A DNA stretch of 64,000 nt. Source: an uncultured Candidatus Saccharibacteria bacterium (GTDB lineage: Bacteria > Patescibacteriota > Minisyncoccia > Phycocordibacterales > UBA9973). The stretch's first letter is position 1. The number at the start of each line of letters is the position of its first letter. The position numbers and the translations under genes are program-made. The notes beneath the pieces are model-generated. The model was not told the DNA's origin, ran no database searches, and saw only the letters and a program-made list of their open reading frames with translations. Location: contig CAYYNN010000001.1 of assembly GCA_964473175.1 (NCBI GenBank), positions 100,603 through 164,602 on the forward strand. The letters are read 5' to 3'. This document shows, in pieces, positions 1 through 8,555 of this stretch.

Positions 1-245
1 CTTTTTCTAAAAGTTTTATTTTCTCTTGAAGTTTTTTAATTTTTTGACTTACTTGTACTTCATCACCTTCTTCGGTGCTGTCAATAATATCAACATCATC
101 CATTAATATTTCAGGTTGATCATCTTCTTCGTCAGGCATAATACCCAGCTTCTCGAGTTCAGGGTTTTCATCTTCTTTCATATGGACACTATTATACTGA
201 AAATTGGGAATAAAAAAAGCTCCCGTTTTCGGAAGCTTTTTTGCT

Positions 246-659
246 TTATCGTTTTGACCACTGTGGCGCTTTGCGGGCCTTTTTGAGACCGAATTTTCGA
301 CGTTCTTTGGCTCGTGGATCACGCTTGAGGAATCCTTCTGCCTTGAGTTTGGTCTTGTCGCCTTCGTCTTCTTTGACCAAACCTCGAGAGATACCGTGTC
401 TCACTGCTTCGGCTTGTGAGTGGATACCAGAACCTTTGACGAGTACGGTCACTGCATATGCTTTCTCAGCAACTTTGAATGGATCGGTGACGATCTTTTG
501 GAGTTCTGCTGTAGGGAAATAGATTTCTAATGCAAGGTCGTTGATGACATAACTTGCCTTTGCTGTAGGTGTGATGCGTACACGAGCAGTTGCAGTCTTG
601 CGACGTCCAATCGTTTCGATGTATCTCTTTGATGTTGTGGTCTTTGGAGTAGTTGCCAT
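246..659 (-). CDS. rpsI: 30S ribosomal protein S9
   Basis: 137 aa; conserved S9 core (…GSGIHSQAEAVRHGISRGL…) and the basic C-terminus …KKARKAPQWSKR. Confidence 0.9.
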   Translation of the reverse strand: MATTPKTTTSKRYIETIGRRKTATARVRITPTAKASYVINDLALEIYFPTAELQKIVTDPFKVAEKAYAVTVLVKGSGIHSQAEAVRHGISRGLVKEDEGDKTKLKAEGFLKRDPRAKERRKFGLKKARKAPQWSKR

Positions 660-663
660 AAAT

Positions 664-1008
664 TTATTCGGTAATAGTTAAATGCTTCATTACGTCACTA
701 CGAAGTCTGTTGCTTGGAATCATCCCCTTGATCGCAACAGCAAGTACTTCTTTGAATCCTTTCTTGTCTGTAACGTGCCGCATAGTGTTCTGCTTGAGAC
801 CACCTGGATATCCTGAAAAAGAGTTGTATGTTTTTTCAAGCATTTTGCGTGGGTCAACTTTGAGCTTACTTGCGTTAGTGATAGTCACTGTGTTTGTAGA
901 AACGGTATTACGCGCAAAGGTAACTTCATTTTTGCCGAGCAAAATAGCAGCAGCTTCTGAAGCGAGACGACCGAGAGATTTGTTTGTAGCGTCGATTGTG
1001 TAGTTCAT
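664..1008 (-). CDS. rplM: 50S ribosomal protein L13 (short form, 114 aa)
   Basis: The track ORF 664..1191 carries a non-L13 N-terminal extension that overlaps rplQ in another frame. L13 homology starts at MNYTIDATNKSLGRLASEAA…AVKGMIPSN. The ATG (CAT on the + strand) is at 1006-1008, 7 nt after the rplQ stop. Confidence 0.8.
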   Translation of the reverse strand: MNYTIDATNKSLGRLASEAAAILLGKNEVTFARNTVSTNTVTITNASKLKVDPRKMLEKTYNSFSGYPGGLKQNTMRHVTDKKGFKEVLAVAIKGMIPSNRLRSDVMKHLTITE

Positions 1009-1015
1009 AAAAAGG

Positions 1016-1369
1016 TTATACAAATTCAATAACAGCCATTGGAGATCCGTCACTTTTGCGAGAAACAAGCTTGGTGATACGAGTGTATCCTCCAGGACGT
1101 TCTGCATATTTGGGTGCGAGATCATCGATGAGTCGAGTAACAACAAGTTCGTTGTTGTAGAGACCTGATAGGAGGAGGCGGCGATTTGCAAGAGTAGGAT
1201 TCTTGGCCTTGGTAACCATCTTTTCTACTGTTGGACGAATTTCTTTTGCTTTTGCCTCAGTTGTTAAAATACGACCGTGAGAAATAAGAGATGCAGCAAG
1301 ACCACGTATGAGCGCGATGCGTGCATTTTTCTCTCGACCAAATTTTCTTACATTATTTGCGTGTCGCAT
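1016..1369 (-). CDS. rplQ: 50S ribosomal protein L17
   Basis: 117 aa; typical L17 N-terminus MRHANNVRKFGREKNARIALIRGLA…; sits downstream of rpoA as in the canonical alpha operon. Confidence 0.9.
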   Translation of the reverse strand: MRHANNVRKFGREKNARIALIRGLAASLISHGRILTTEAKAKEIRPTVEKMVTKAKNPTLANRRLLLSGLYNNELVVTRLIDDLAPKYAERPGGYTRITKLVSRKSDGSPMAVIEFV

Positions 1370-1389
1370 AGGTACCTCTTTATACTCTA

Positions 1390-2397
1390 TTAATCCTTCA
1401 AAGACAAGTCAAAAGCAGAAAGCGCTTCCTTGATCTCAGTAATACCCTTGTCGCCGATACCATCGATTTCAAGAAGATCAGCAACGTGCTTGCGCGCAAT
1501 ACCTCCTACAGTACGGATATTTGCTGCTGAGAGCGCGTTGAGTGTTCGAGTTGATAGCCCAATAGAGTCGATGCGGTTTTTGAGCACATCAGTGACATCT
1601 ACGTCTGAATCATCACCTTCTGCTGCACCTGATCCACTTTCAGTTGATTCTGATATCATTGGAGTTTTGCTTGCCATACGTGACTGAACTTCTTCAATTA
1701 TGTCTTGTGAAGATACTGATACGATAGCTGCGAGTTGTTCGATCATTGTCTTTACAGATTGTTCAAGTGCTTCTCGTGGAGATACTGTACCGTCGGTTTC
1801 AATAGTCAAACGTAGACGGTTGAAGTTGGTCTTGTCGCCAACACGCATTTCTTCTACGTCATAACTAACACGTCGAATAGGTGAGAATATTGCATCAAGA
1901 AAAATAGTGCCAATATCAGCCTTTTGTTTATGGTGTTGATCACGAGGAACAAAACCAAGACCACGCTCAATAGTGATTTCGATATTCAAGGTTGTCTTGC
2001 CGGTAATTTCACAGATGTATTGCTCAGGGTTTGCAACTGAAACTGCGCCTTTTGCTGAAATATCTTCTGCGGTAACAACCTTTGGTCCTTTTACAGAAAG
2101 TGTTACTTTTTGTGGTTCGTCTGTAGTAAGTGCAAAACGAACATTCTTGAGGTTCAAAAGAATAGTTATGACGTCTTCTTTGACACCTTCCATAGTAGCG
2201 AATTCGTGACTAACTCCGTCAATTTTAACTGCGGTAATAGCAGCTCCTGTTAACGAGGAGAGGATAATACGTCGGAGAGAGTTACCAAGAGTGTACCCGT
2301 AACCTGGTACAAGACCGTCGATTTCGAAAACGCCTTTACTACCCTCTTCGAAGGTTGCCTTTGGCTTGGATGGGAGGATTATGTTTTGTTCACTCAT
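1390..2397 (-). CDS. rpoA: DNA-directed RNA polymerase subunit alpha
   Basis: N-terminal domain motif GYGYTLGNSLRRIILSS and a C-terminal alpha-CTD (…LSTRTLNALSAANIRTVGGI…). The ATG at 2397 (MSEQNIIL…) is preferred; the track ORF extends to a TTG at 2436. Confidence 0.9.
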   Translation of the reverse strand: MSEQNIILPSKPKATFEEGSKGVFEIDGLVPGYGYTLGNSLRRIILSSLTGAAITAVKIDGVSHEFATMEGVKEDVITILLNLKNVRFALTTDEPQKVTLSVKGPKVVTAEDISAKGAVSVANPEQYICEITGKTTLNIEITIERGLGFVPRDQHHKQKADIGTIFLDAIFSPIRRVSYDVEEMRVGDKTNFNRLRLTIETDGTVSPREALEQSVKTMIEQLAAIVSVSSQDIIEEVQSRMASKTPMISESTESGSGAAEGDDSDVDVTDVLKNRIDSIGLSTRTLNALSAANIRTVGGIARKHVADLLEIDGIGDKGITEIKEALSAFDLSLKD

Positions 2398-2457
2398 ATG
2401 AAAATCAATTGTACCATTAACTTGTAATTTCTCCAACTTTGTGTCCTAACGTCGGGA

Positions 2458-3063
2458 CTAACGACTGTAGAACTCAAGAACTGTTTCCAGTTGCAAGAAC
2501 TGTTCGTCATTTTTGGGCTTCGCCACAACTTCAGCTTGCATATTTTCAGGTGCAAACTTAAGCCATGTCGGCCATGCACTTGACTGAGCATTTTTGACCA
2601 CTTCTGCAAAAATAACACTTTTCTTTGATCCTTCTCGAACGGCGATCACATCCCCTATTTTCACTTCAAGTGAAGGGATAGTGACCTTGGTACCATTAAC
2701 CGTGAAGTGACCATGTGAGGCGAGTTGTCGAGCAAAACGACGAGTAGTCGTGAAGCCAAGGCGATAAATAACGTTATCGAGGCGAGTTTCAAGGAGTTCG
2801 TATAGCTTGTCAGTTACCGGCATACCCTTAACAGTACCTGCCTTTTCTACATAGTTTCCAAGTTGGCGCTCTGAAACACCATATGAAAAACGAACCTTTT
2901 GCTTTTCAATAAGCTGACGTCCGTAGTCAGAGAGTTGTTTTGGACGTTTTCCAGAAGTCTTACTCTTTTTCATTTCTGATTGAGTATATTTTTGAGTCTG
3001 GCATTTTTCAAAAACCCCAGATCCCAAACGACGACACATTTTGTATTTTGCTCTTGTTTCCAT
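2458..3063 (-). CDS. rpsD: 30S ribosomal protein S4
   Basis: S4 homology begins at METRAKYKMCRRLG… (compare MARYTGPxxKLSRRLG). CAT at 3061-3063. The longer track ORF runs into rpsK. Confidence 0.9.
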   Translation of the reverse strand: METRAKYKMCRRLGSGVFEKCQTQKYTQSEMKKSKTSGKRPKQLSDYGRQLIEKQKVRFSYGVSERQLGNYVEKAGTVKGMPVTDKLYELLETRLDNVIYRLGFTTTRRFARQLASHGHFTVNGTKVTIPSLEVKIGDVIAVREGSKKSVIFAEVVKNAQSSAWPTWLKFAPENMQAEVVAKPKNDEQFLQLETVLEFYSR

Positions 3064-3067
3064 ATGA

Positions 3068-3499
3068 TTATACTCTTCGTGGCTTCTTAGCCTTCGGTCC
3101 ATTATGTGGCACAGGTGTGCGATCCTTGATAGACAAAAGTTCAATACCACCTCCGATAAATGCTCTGATTAACGGTTCTCGTCCACTTCCAACACCTTTT
3201 ACGACAACAGTAGTTTCCTTGATACCTGCTGCCATTGCCTTTTCGGCAAGGGTTTCTCCTACTTTTGATGCAGCAAATGGGGTTCCCTTTTTTGCACCCT
3301 TGAAACCAAGAGATCCTGATGAAGACCAGAAAAGGACATTCCCTTTGAGATCACTGACGACTGCCTTTGTATTGTTAAATGTTGCCTCGATGGAAAGCAT
3401 AGACGTAAGGATCTTCTTCTTGGCTGCTCGTGTCGAAGGAGCGCGGCCTCGGCCGTCAACAATTTGTCCTTCTTGGTTTGTGATTCTTTTCTTTCCCAT
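3068..3499 (-). CDS. rpsK: 30S ribosomal protein S11
   Basis: 143 aa; …AKKKILTSMLSIEATFNNT…VVVKGVGSGRE… matches the S11 family. Confidence 0.9.
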   Translation of the reverse strand: MGKKRITNQEGQIVDGRGRAPSTRAAKKKILTSMLSIEATFNNTKAVVSDLKGNVLFWSSSGSLGFKGAKKGTPFAASKVGETLAEKAMAAGIKETTVVVKGVGSGREPLIRAFIGGGIELLSIKDRTPVPHNGPKAKKPRRV

Positions 3500-3520
3500 A
3501 GGTCTAATATTATTGGATGA

Positions 3521-3901
3521 TTATGTTTTACTTTCTTTACGTCGGCCACTTCCCATCGTATTTCGAACATTTCCGCGAACTGTACGAGAGTTGGTTTTAG
3601 TGCGCTGTCCGTTTACCGGAAGGCGTCTCATGTGGCGAATACCACGGTATGCCTTAATATCCTTGAGACGTTTTACGTTTCCAGCAATCTCACGCTTGAG
3701 GTTCCCTTCAATAGTTCGCTCTTCGATGAGCTTACGGATATCGTTTTCTTGGTCAATAGAAATAGCAGTAGGCTTTGTTTCTGGTGCAACGCCCACTTTT
3801 GCAAGTATTTTAGTTGCTGTAGCTGTACCAATACCAAAAAGAGTCGTAAGGCCGATATCGAGACGCTTTTCATTGGGGATGTTGATTCCGAGGATACGCA
3901 T
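3521..3901 (-). CDS. rpsM: 30S ribosomal protein S13
   Basis: 126 aa; MRILGINIPNEKRLDIGLTTLFGIGTATATKIL… is a classical S13 N-terminus. Confidence 0.9.
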   Translation of the reverse strand: MRILGINIPNEKRLDIGLTTLFGIGTATATKILAKVGVAPETKPTAISIDQENDIRKLIEERTIEGNLKREIAGNVKRLKDIKAYRGIRHMRRLPVNGQRTKTNSRTVRGNVRNTMGSGRRKESKT

Positions 3902-3903
3902 GA

Positions 3904-4014
3904 TTATTGTTTTTGTTTATGTTTTGGGTTATCACAAATCACATGCAAATGGCGATTGCGTTTTACAATCTTGCACTTGTCACACATTTTTTTGACTGTT
4001 GATCGGATTTTCAT
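3904..4014 (-). CDS. rpmJ: 50S ribosomal protein L36
   Basis: Not in the ORF track because it is under 60 aa. Manual translation of the minus strand gives [36 protein letters not shown], which has the L36 zinc-ribbon C-x2-C…C…H. The stop lies 2 nt before the rpsM start, and the gene sits between infA and rpsM as in other bacteria. Confidence 0.85.
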   Translation of the reverse strand: MKIRSTVKKMCDKCKIVKRNRHLHVICDNPKHKQKQ

Positions 4015-4074
4015 GTTTATAAAACTTTGATATACACTGCTCCCAAAATTTGTAGCTGGCAGAGTATACACTAT

Positions 4075-4284
4075 CTATGAACGTCTGACAATACGCCCTT
4101 TTCCACCGTAGGGGTCTATGACCACATCGACGGTATCACCAATCAAAACTTTGATGCGGTGAAGGCGCATTTTACCCGCCAAGTATGCAACAATAACATC
4201 CCCGCTTTCAAGCGTCACTCGAAACATTGTGTTCGGAAGTGCTTCTGATACGGTTGCTTTTACTGCTTCTTGAGGGGTTGCCAT
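4075..4284 (-). CDS. infA: translation initiation factor IF-1
   Basis: 69 aa; …ALPNTMFRVTLESGDVIVAYLAGKMRLHRIKVLIGDTVDVVIDPY… is an S1-like OB fold of IF-1. Confidence 0.9.
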   Translation of the reverse strand: MATPQEAVKATVSEALPNTMFRVTLESGDVIVAYLAGKMRLHRIKVLIGDTVDVVIDPYGGKGRIVRRS

Positions 4285-4341
4285 GTAATACGGAAGTTAA
4301 TAGTACTACGGTTTTTTGTGTGGGTCAAATACCACTCTTTC

Positions 4342-5598
4342 TTATTGCACTTCGACAGTAATCCTTTTGTCTGTATTGGGGAATAGTGGCGCCCAAAATG
4401 GGTAGAAATGGTAGTTTGCCTTATCAACTTCTGGAATACCGCCCAGAATTGAACTGAAGTTTTTCTTTGGTGAACCAACCAAGGATTCCTGTATCGAAAA
4501 TATTGAAGCTTTAGTAATAATGGTACCCGTTCCAGAAATCTTAACTCTAATGGTATCAGGTGCATTTGTAGTATCTGTAGAAAGGGCCGTAACAGGAGTC
4601 ACTGTCAATGCAGTGATATCAGGAATACTGACATCAGGGTATGAATGGTCACTAAGAACATGACTTGCAATAGCACTCTCGAGCATGTCTGTCTTGATCA
4701 GATATGTAACCATTGTACCTTTGATAGTAGCTGGAAACTTAATACCTTCCCCTCGTAATTTCATAGAACTACTATCGATCGTTGTGACTTGTAGGTCTGG
4801 AAACGTAATAAGATCTACTGGTATTTGCGCTCTTGTTTCTCTTTTGAGTCGCTCTATGAGTTGAGACTGCAAAGAAGCAATAACATCTGGTTGATCAACA
4901 AGGGCCACACTGTGCAAAAGACCGTCTTCACCTCCAGTTATAGCGCCAGCTGACTGTGCGTAGAACGTTTTACCAAATCCTGCAACAGTAAAACTTGTAC
5001 CATCTGTGTTATATGCAGGCCCTACCCCACTAGCTACCACAGGTACCGATGTTGAGGTGCCTGCTGTTTTGATTTTGTTTTTCAGGGTGTAGCCTGGAAC
5101 AGTAGCCGATGCTGTTGTGTGGTATTTCTTACCTTCTTTTGAGGTGATTGTTGTTTTTGCTTTTATTGTCTGCGTTTTTGTACTGTATTCATTAAAAAAA
5201 ACAACTTTGCCGGTAGCAGCGCTCGTACTTGGGTCGATCTGAGAACCATATACTTGTCGAGAAACTTCCGTAGGAACAACCATTGTTTGAAATGATAGTC
5301 GTCCAGCATTTTCTTGACCTTCATGAACAAGTTCGAACTCAGCTCCATCGAGCGTAAACGGGATACGTCGTTCGTTGACGATAACTTTTGCATAAACAAC
5401 CTTCATTCCAACAATATATAGCAGTGCAAAAAATGCTATTGCGCATGCGATAACAAAAATTTTACGCCAACTAATACGGGTATGCTGTTTAAAGCGTTTT
5501 GGTGGCTCTACCTTTGTGGGAACTTGAGGAGCAACAGGAGCCTCTTCAAGCTCTGTATCTTTTCTTCCTTCTTTTCGAATAACATCATAGAGCTTCAT
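4342..5598 (-). CDS. hypothetical single-pass membrane protein (N-terminal TM, large extracytoplasmic domain)
   Basis: 418 aa. A charged N-terminus is followed by a hydrophobic helix (IFVIACAIAFFALLYIVGM) and then a Thr/Ser-rich domain. No recognisable family motif. The stop lies 7 nt after the upstream actin-like gene, so the two may be co-transcribed. Confidence 0.55.
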   Translation of the reverse strand: MKLYDVIRKEGRKDTELEEAPVAPQVPTKVEPPKRFKQHTRISWRKIFVIACAIAFFALLYIVGMKVVYAKVIVNERRIPFTLDGAEFELVHEGQENAGRLSFQTMVVPTEVSRQVYGSQIDPSTSAATGKVVFFNEYSTKTQTIKAKTTITSKEGKKYHTTASATVPGYTLKNKIKTAGTSTSVPVVASGVGPAYNTDGTSFTVAGFGKTFYAQSAGAITGGEDGLLHSVALVDQPDVIASLQSQLIERLKRETRAQIPVDLITFPDLQVTTIDSSSMKLRGEGIKFPATIKGTMVTYLIKTDMLESAIASHVLSDHSYPDVSIPDITALTVTPVTALSTDTTNAPDTIRVKISGTGTIITKASIFSIQESLVGSPKKNFSSILGGIPEVDKANYHFYPFWAPLFPNTDKRITVEVQ

Positions 5599-5605
5599 AT
5601 CATGA

Positions 5606-6766
5606 TTATATCAAACGTTCCACAAAAAGCGCCCCTATTGCAAGCGGTATATCTAACTTTGCTTCATGCGAAATACCAATAGCATGCGCAACTATTGATT
5701 CTTCGACAAATGTTGCCTTTACCTGTCCTCTTGCACAACTATGCTCTATATATGGATCAGTGGTAACAATAGTTGTCAGTAGGGACTGAAACCGCTGATC
5801 AGCAACAATCAACACTCTCTCGGGCATACAAAACCCATACTTTCCATTCTCAAGTACGTGCCTAAACCCAGATTGCCATGTATCGGTATACGTAGTAATT
5901 GCTTTTCCAATCTGTGTGCCCGCTGCTTTTGATAATTTGCCCAGACGATACGATTCCAATAAGGCTATTGCTTCTGGTGCACTATGATTTCCTTGTTCAA
6001 TAAGTGCCCTGTAGAGTCCATATGTGCCTACAGGAAATGAATGTTGATATAACAATGTTCCACCTTTTACAAAAGAAACATCAGTTATTTCTTCTCCCAC
6101 ATCGACGACAACACACTCTTCGTTTACTGGAAGCGTGTCACGCATAGCAATGAATGTCGTGAATGGACTTGTTGTAAAACCGATTTTACGAGTTCCATAT
6201 GCTCGCTTGAGTGTATCAGAGAACACATCTAACACCTGTTTTGGTGCAATAGTAATAGTGAGTGCGAATTCTAATGAAAGAGTCTTTTTACCAAAAGGTG
6301 CATCGGTTACGTATCCATTTAGTTTGATAGCAGAGAGTTGTTTCTCGACGATTATTGATTCTTTTCCATATACCCCAAACGGTCCTGTCTGTTCGGTAAA
6401 AATATGTTTGATTTCAGTATCTATGAGCGTGTCCACCAGTTTTTGTGTGCAGGTAAACGGACTTGTCTTTTTATACACAATAGTCCTTGTTTGTGAGGTA
6501 TACCACGGAGATGCAAGTACTACTTGAATAAATGACGGCTGATGAACGTCCAGTGATCGTACCTTTGCAACAACTTCTTGTAAGTTTTTGGTCGTTGCTT
6601 CAACAAAACGTTTGATGTCGATATCCTCATGTAACCCGGAGTCCATACGAACTGACGCAAGAAAAAGTGACTTTGCTGCATGTTTTTTTAATACATGCGC
6701 GCCTGCGACTGAGCTTGAGGAGATATCATAAATTGCAAACACGTCATCGTGTGCTTTGTGCGACAT
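5606..6766 (-). CDS. actin-fold ATPase (FtsA/PilM/MreB superfamily, divergent)
   Basis: 386 aa. The phosphate-1-like N-terminus (AIYDISSSSVAGAHVL) and the phosphate-2/adenosine-like motif (VVVDVGEEITDVSFVKGGTLLYQHSFPVG) are typical of the sugar-kinase/actin/Hsp70 fold. A canonical ftsA is also present at 22741..23925. Confidence 0.55.
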   Translation of the reverse strand: MSHKAHDDVFAIYDISSSSVAGAHVLKKHAAKSLFLASVRMDSGLHEDIDIKRFVEATTKNLQEVVAKVRSLDVHQPSFIQVVLASPWYTSQTRTIVYKKTSPFTCTQKLVDTLIDTEIKHIFTEQTGPFGVYGKESIIVEKQLSAIKLNGYVTDAPFGKKTLSLEFALTITIAPKQVLDVFSDTLKRAYGTRKIGFTTSPFTTFIAMRDTLPVNEECVVVDVGEEITDVSFVKGGTLLYQHSFPVGTYGLYRALIEQGNHSAPEAIALLESYRLGKLSKAAGTQIGKAITTYTDTWQSGFRHVLENGKYGFCMPERVLIVADQRFQSLLTTIVTTDPYIEHSCARGQVKATFVEESIVAHAIGISHEAKLDIPLAIGALFVERLI

Positions 6767-6809
6767 ACATAAAGTATATCATGTATATACTCACATTGAT
6801 GTGTGAATA

Positions 6810-8546
6810 TTATGAAAGCGTTGCCTTGATACGTCTCACGCCCGCACTTGATGCTTCTTCTTTTTGTATTTTGAAATGACCAAGCTCTCCAGTATGAGTG
6901 ACATGCGGTCCACCGCAAAATTCTTGGGAGAATACTTTGTCAGCATTGTCGTGAATCATATACACAGACACAATGTCTGGATACTTGGTGCCAAATTCCA
7001 TCTCAGCACCGAGTGCTTCGGCGTCCGCTCTTGGCATTTCGCGGCGAGTGACTTGTAAGTCTTCTGCGATCTTTTCATTAACCAAGTCTTCTACTTTTTG
7101 CTTTTCTTCATCAGTGAGTTTGCGGTCAAAGTTGAAGTCAATACGCAGACGCTCTTCGGTGATGTTGCTTCCCTTTTGGTGAATGTCAGCAGAGACGACT
7201 TCTTGGAGCGCCTTGAGGAGCAAGTGATGAGCAGTATGCAGTTTGGTCGTTGTATCTGATGTGTTCGCAAGGCCGCCTTTGAACTTCTGTTCACTACCAG
7301 AGCGAGAAAGGTCTTGGTGTGCTTTCATTTCAGAATCAAATTTTGCACGGTCAATAGTCATGCCTTTTTCTTGAGCCAATTCTTGTGTGAGTTCTATCGG
7401 GAATCCGTAGGTAGTTGCGAGAACAAATGGATCAGCACCTTTTGCAAATTCCTTGAGACCGGATTCAAGAGTTTTTGAAAACTTGTCTATTTCCTTTATA
7501 AAAATAATTGGAATTTCTGTATGTTGTATTTCTGGATACTGTGTCCAATAGTGTTTCTGATACAAAACGGGAAGCGATTCAAATGTAGCAGCTCGCAAAC
7601 CAATCTTTTTGGACTGCATTACCGCACGACGAATCAAACGGCGTAAAATATATCCTTGATCTTTACTGCCTGGAAATACACCATCAGCAATAAGGAACAC
7701 AGCTGTTCGCACATGATCTGCAATAATACGCGCACTTCGTTCATTTGGAAGTGTCGAACCTTGTGCAATATCGCTCATAATAGACGCAAACATGTCTGAT
7801 TCATAGACAGTGGACTTCCCCTGCACTATCATAGCGATGCGCTCAAGACCTGAGCCGGTGTCTACATTCTTTTGTGACAGCTTACCAATGACTTTGTCAT
7901 CGCGCTTTTCATACTCCATGAACACATCGTTCCAAATCTCAACAACGTGCCCTGCATCGTCAGCTGCAACGTATTGGTCATGTGTCATGTCACCGAGCGT
8001 ACCGGTAACGTCGTAGAACATCTCGGTATCTGGCCCACACGGACCATTGTCTCCCGGACTCCACCAGTTGTTTGCTTTTGGGAGAAAGTATATTCGATTC
8101 TCTGGGATATATTGCTTCCATATCTCGACGGCTTCCATATCTCGTGGCGCATCATCGTCTCCTTCAAACACGGTGACGTAGAGACGGCTCGGATCAAGCC
8201 CAAGTCCTTCATCTTTGCTTGTGAGGAATTCAAAAGACCATTTGATTGCGTCTTCTTTGAAATAGTCTCCGAGCGACCAGTTCCCCAGCATTTCAAAAAA
8301 TGTGAGGTTTTTGTGGTTGCCCACTTCTTCGATATCTCCCGTACGCACACACTTCTGACAGCTCGCGAGACGTACTCCTTGCGGATGCTTTTCACCCATC
8401 AGATACGGTACGAGTGGTTGCATACCTGCGGTATTGAAAAGTACTGATGGGTCGTTCTGAGGCACGAGTGATGCGGACGGCAAAATAGCGTGTCCGCGTT
8501 TTGCGAAGAAATCGAGGAATCGTTGTCTGATTTGAGCTGAGGTCAT
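6810..8546 (-). CDS. alaS: alanine--tRNA ligase (short form lacking the C-terminal C-Ala domain)
   Basis: Class II AlaRS N-terminus (…FLDFFAKRGHAILPSASLVP…FNTAGMQP…) plus the editing-domain motifs HTAHHLL and CGGPHV. At 578 aa it is well short of the ~870 aa usual in bacteria. Confidence 0.85.
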   Translation of the reverse strand: MTSAQIRQRFLDFFAKRGHAILPSASLVPQNDPSVLFNTAGMQPLVPYLMGEKHPQGVRLASCQKCVRTGDIEEVGNHKNLTFFEMLGNWSLGDYFKEDAIKWSFEFLTSKDEGLGLDPSRLYVTVFEGDDDAPRDMEAVEIWKQYIPENRIYFLPKANNWWSPGDNGPCGPDTEMFYDVTGTLGDMTHDQYVAADDAGHVVEIWNDVFMEYEKRDDKVIGKLSQKNVDTGSGLERIAMIVQGKSTVYESDMFASIMSDIAQGSTLPNERSARIIADHVRTAVFLIADGVFPGSKDQGYILRRLIRRAVMQSKKIGLRAATFESLPVLYQKHYWTQYPEIQHTEIPIIFIKEIDKFSKTLESGLKEFAKGADPFVLATTYGFPIELTQELAQEKGMTIDRAKFDSEMKAHQDLSRSGSEQKFKGGLANTSDTTTKLHTAHHLLLKALQEVVSADIHQKGSNITEERLRIDFNFDRKLTDEEKQKVEDLVNEKIAEDLQVTRREMPRADAEALGAEMEFGTKYPDIVSVYMIHDNADKVFSQEFCGGPHVTHTGELGHFKIQKEEASSAGVRRIKATLS

Positions 8547-8555
8547 GTAATTACT

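Noticed and set aside
664-1191. 175-aa version of the rplM ORF
   Set aside because: Its first ~60 aa have no L13 homology and overlap rplQ in another frame. L13 homology begins at the internal ATG at 1008.
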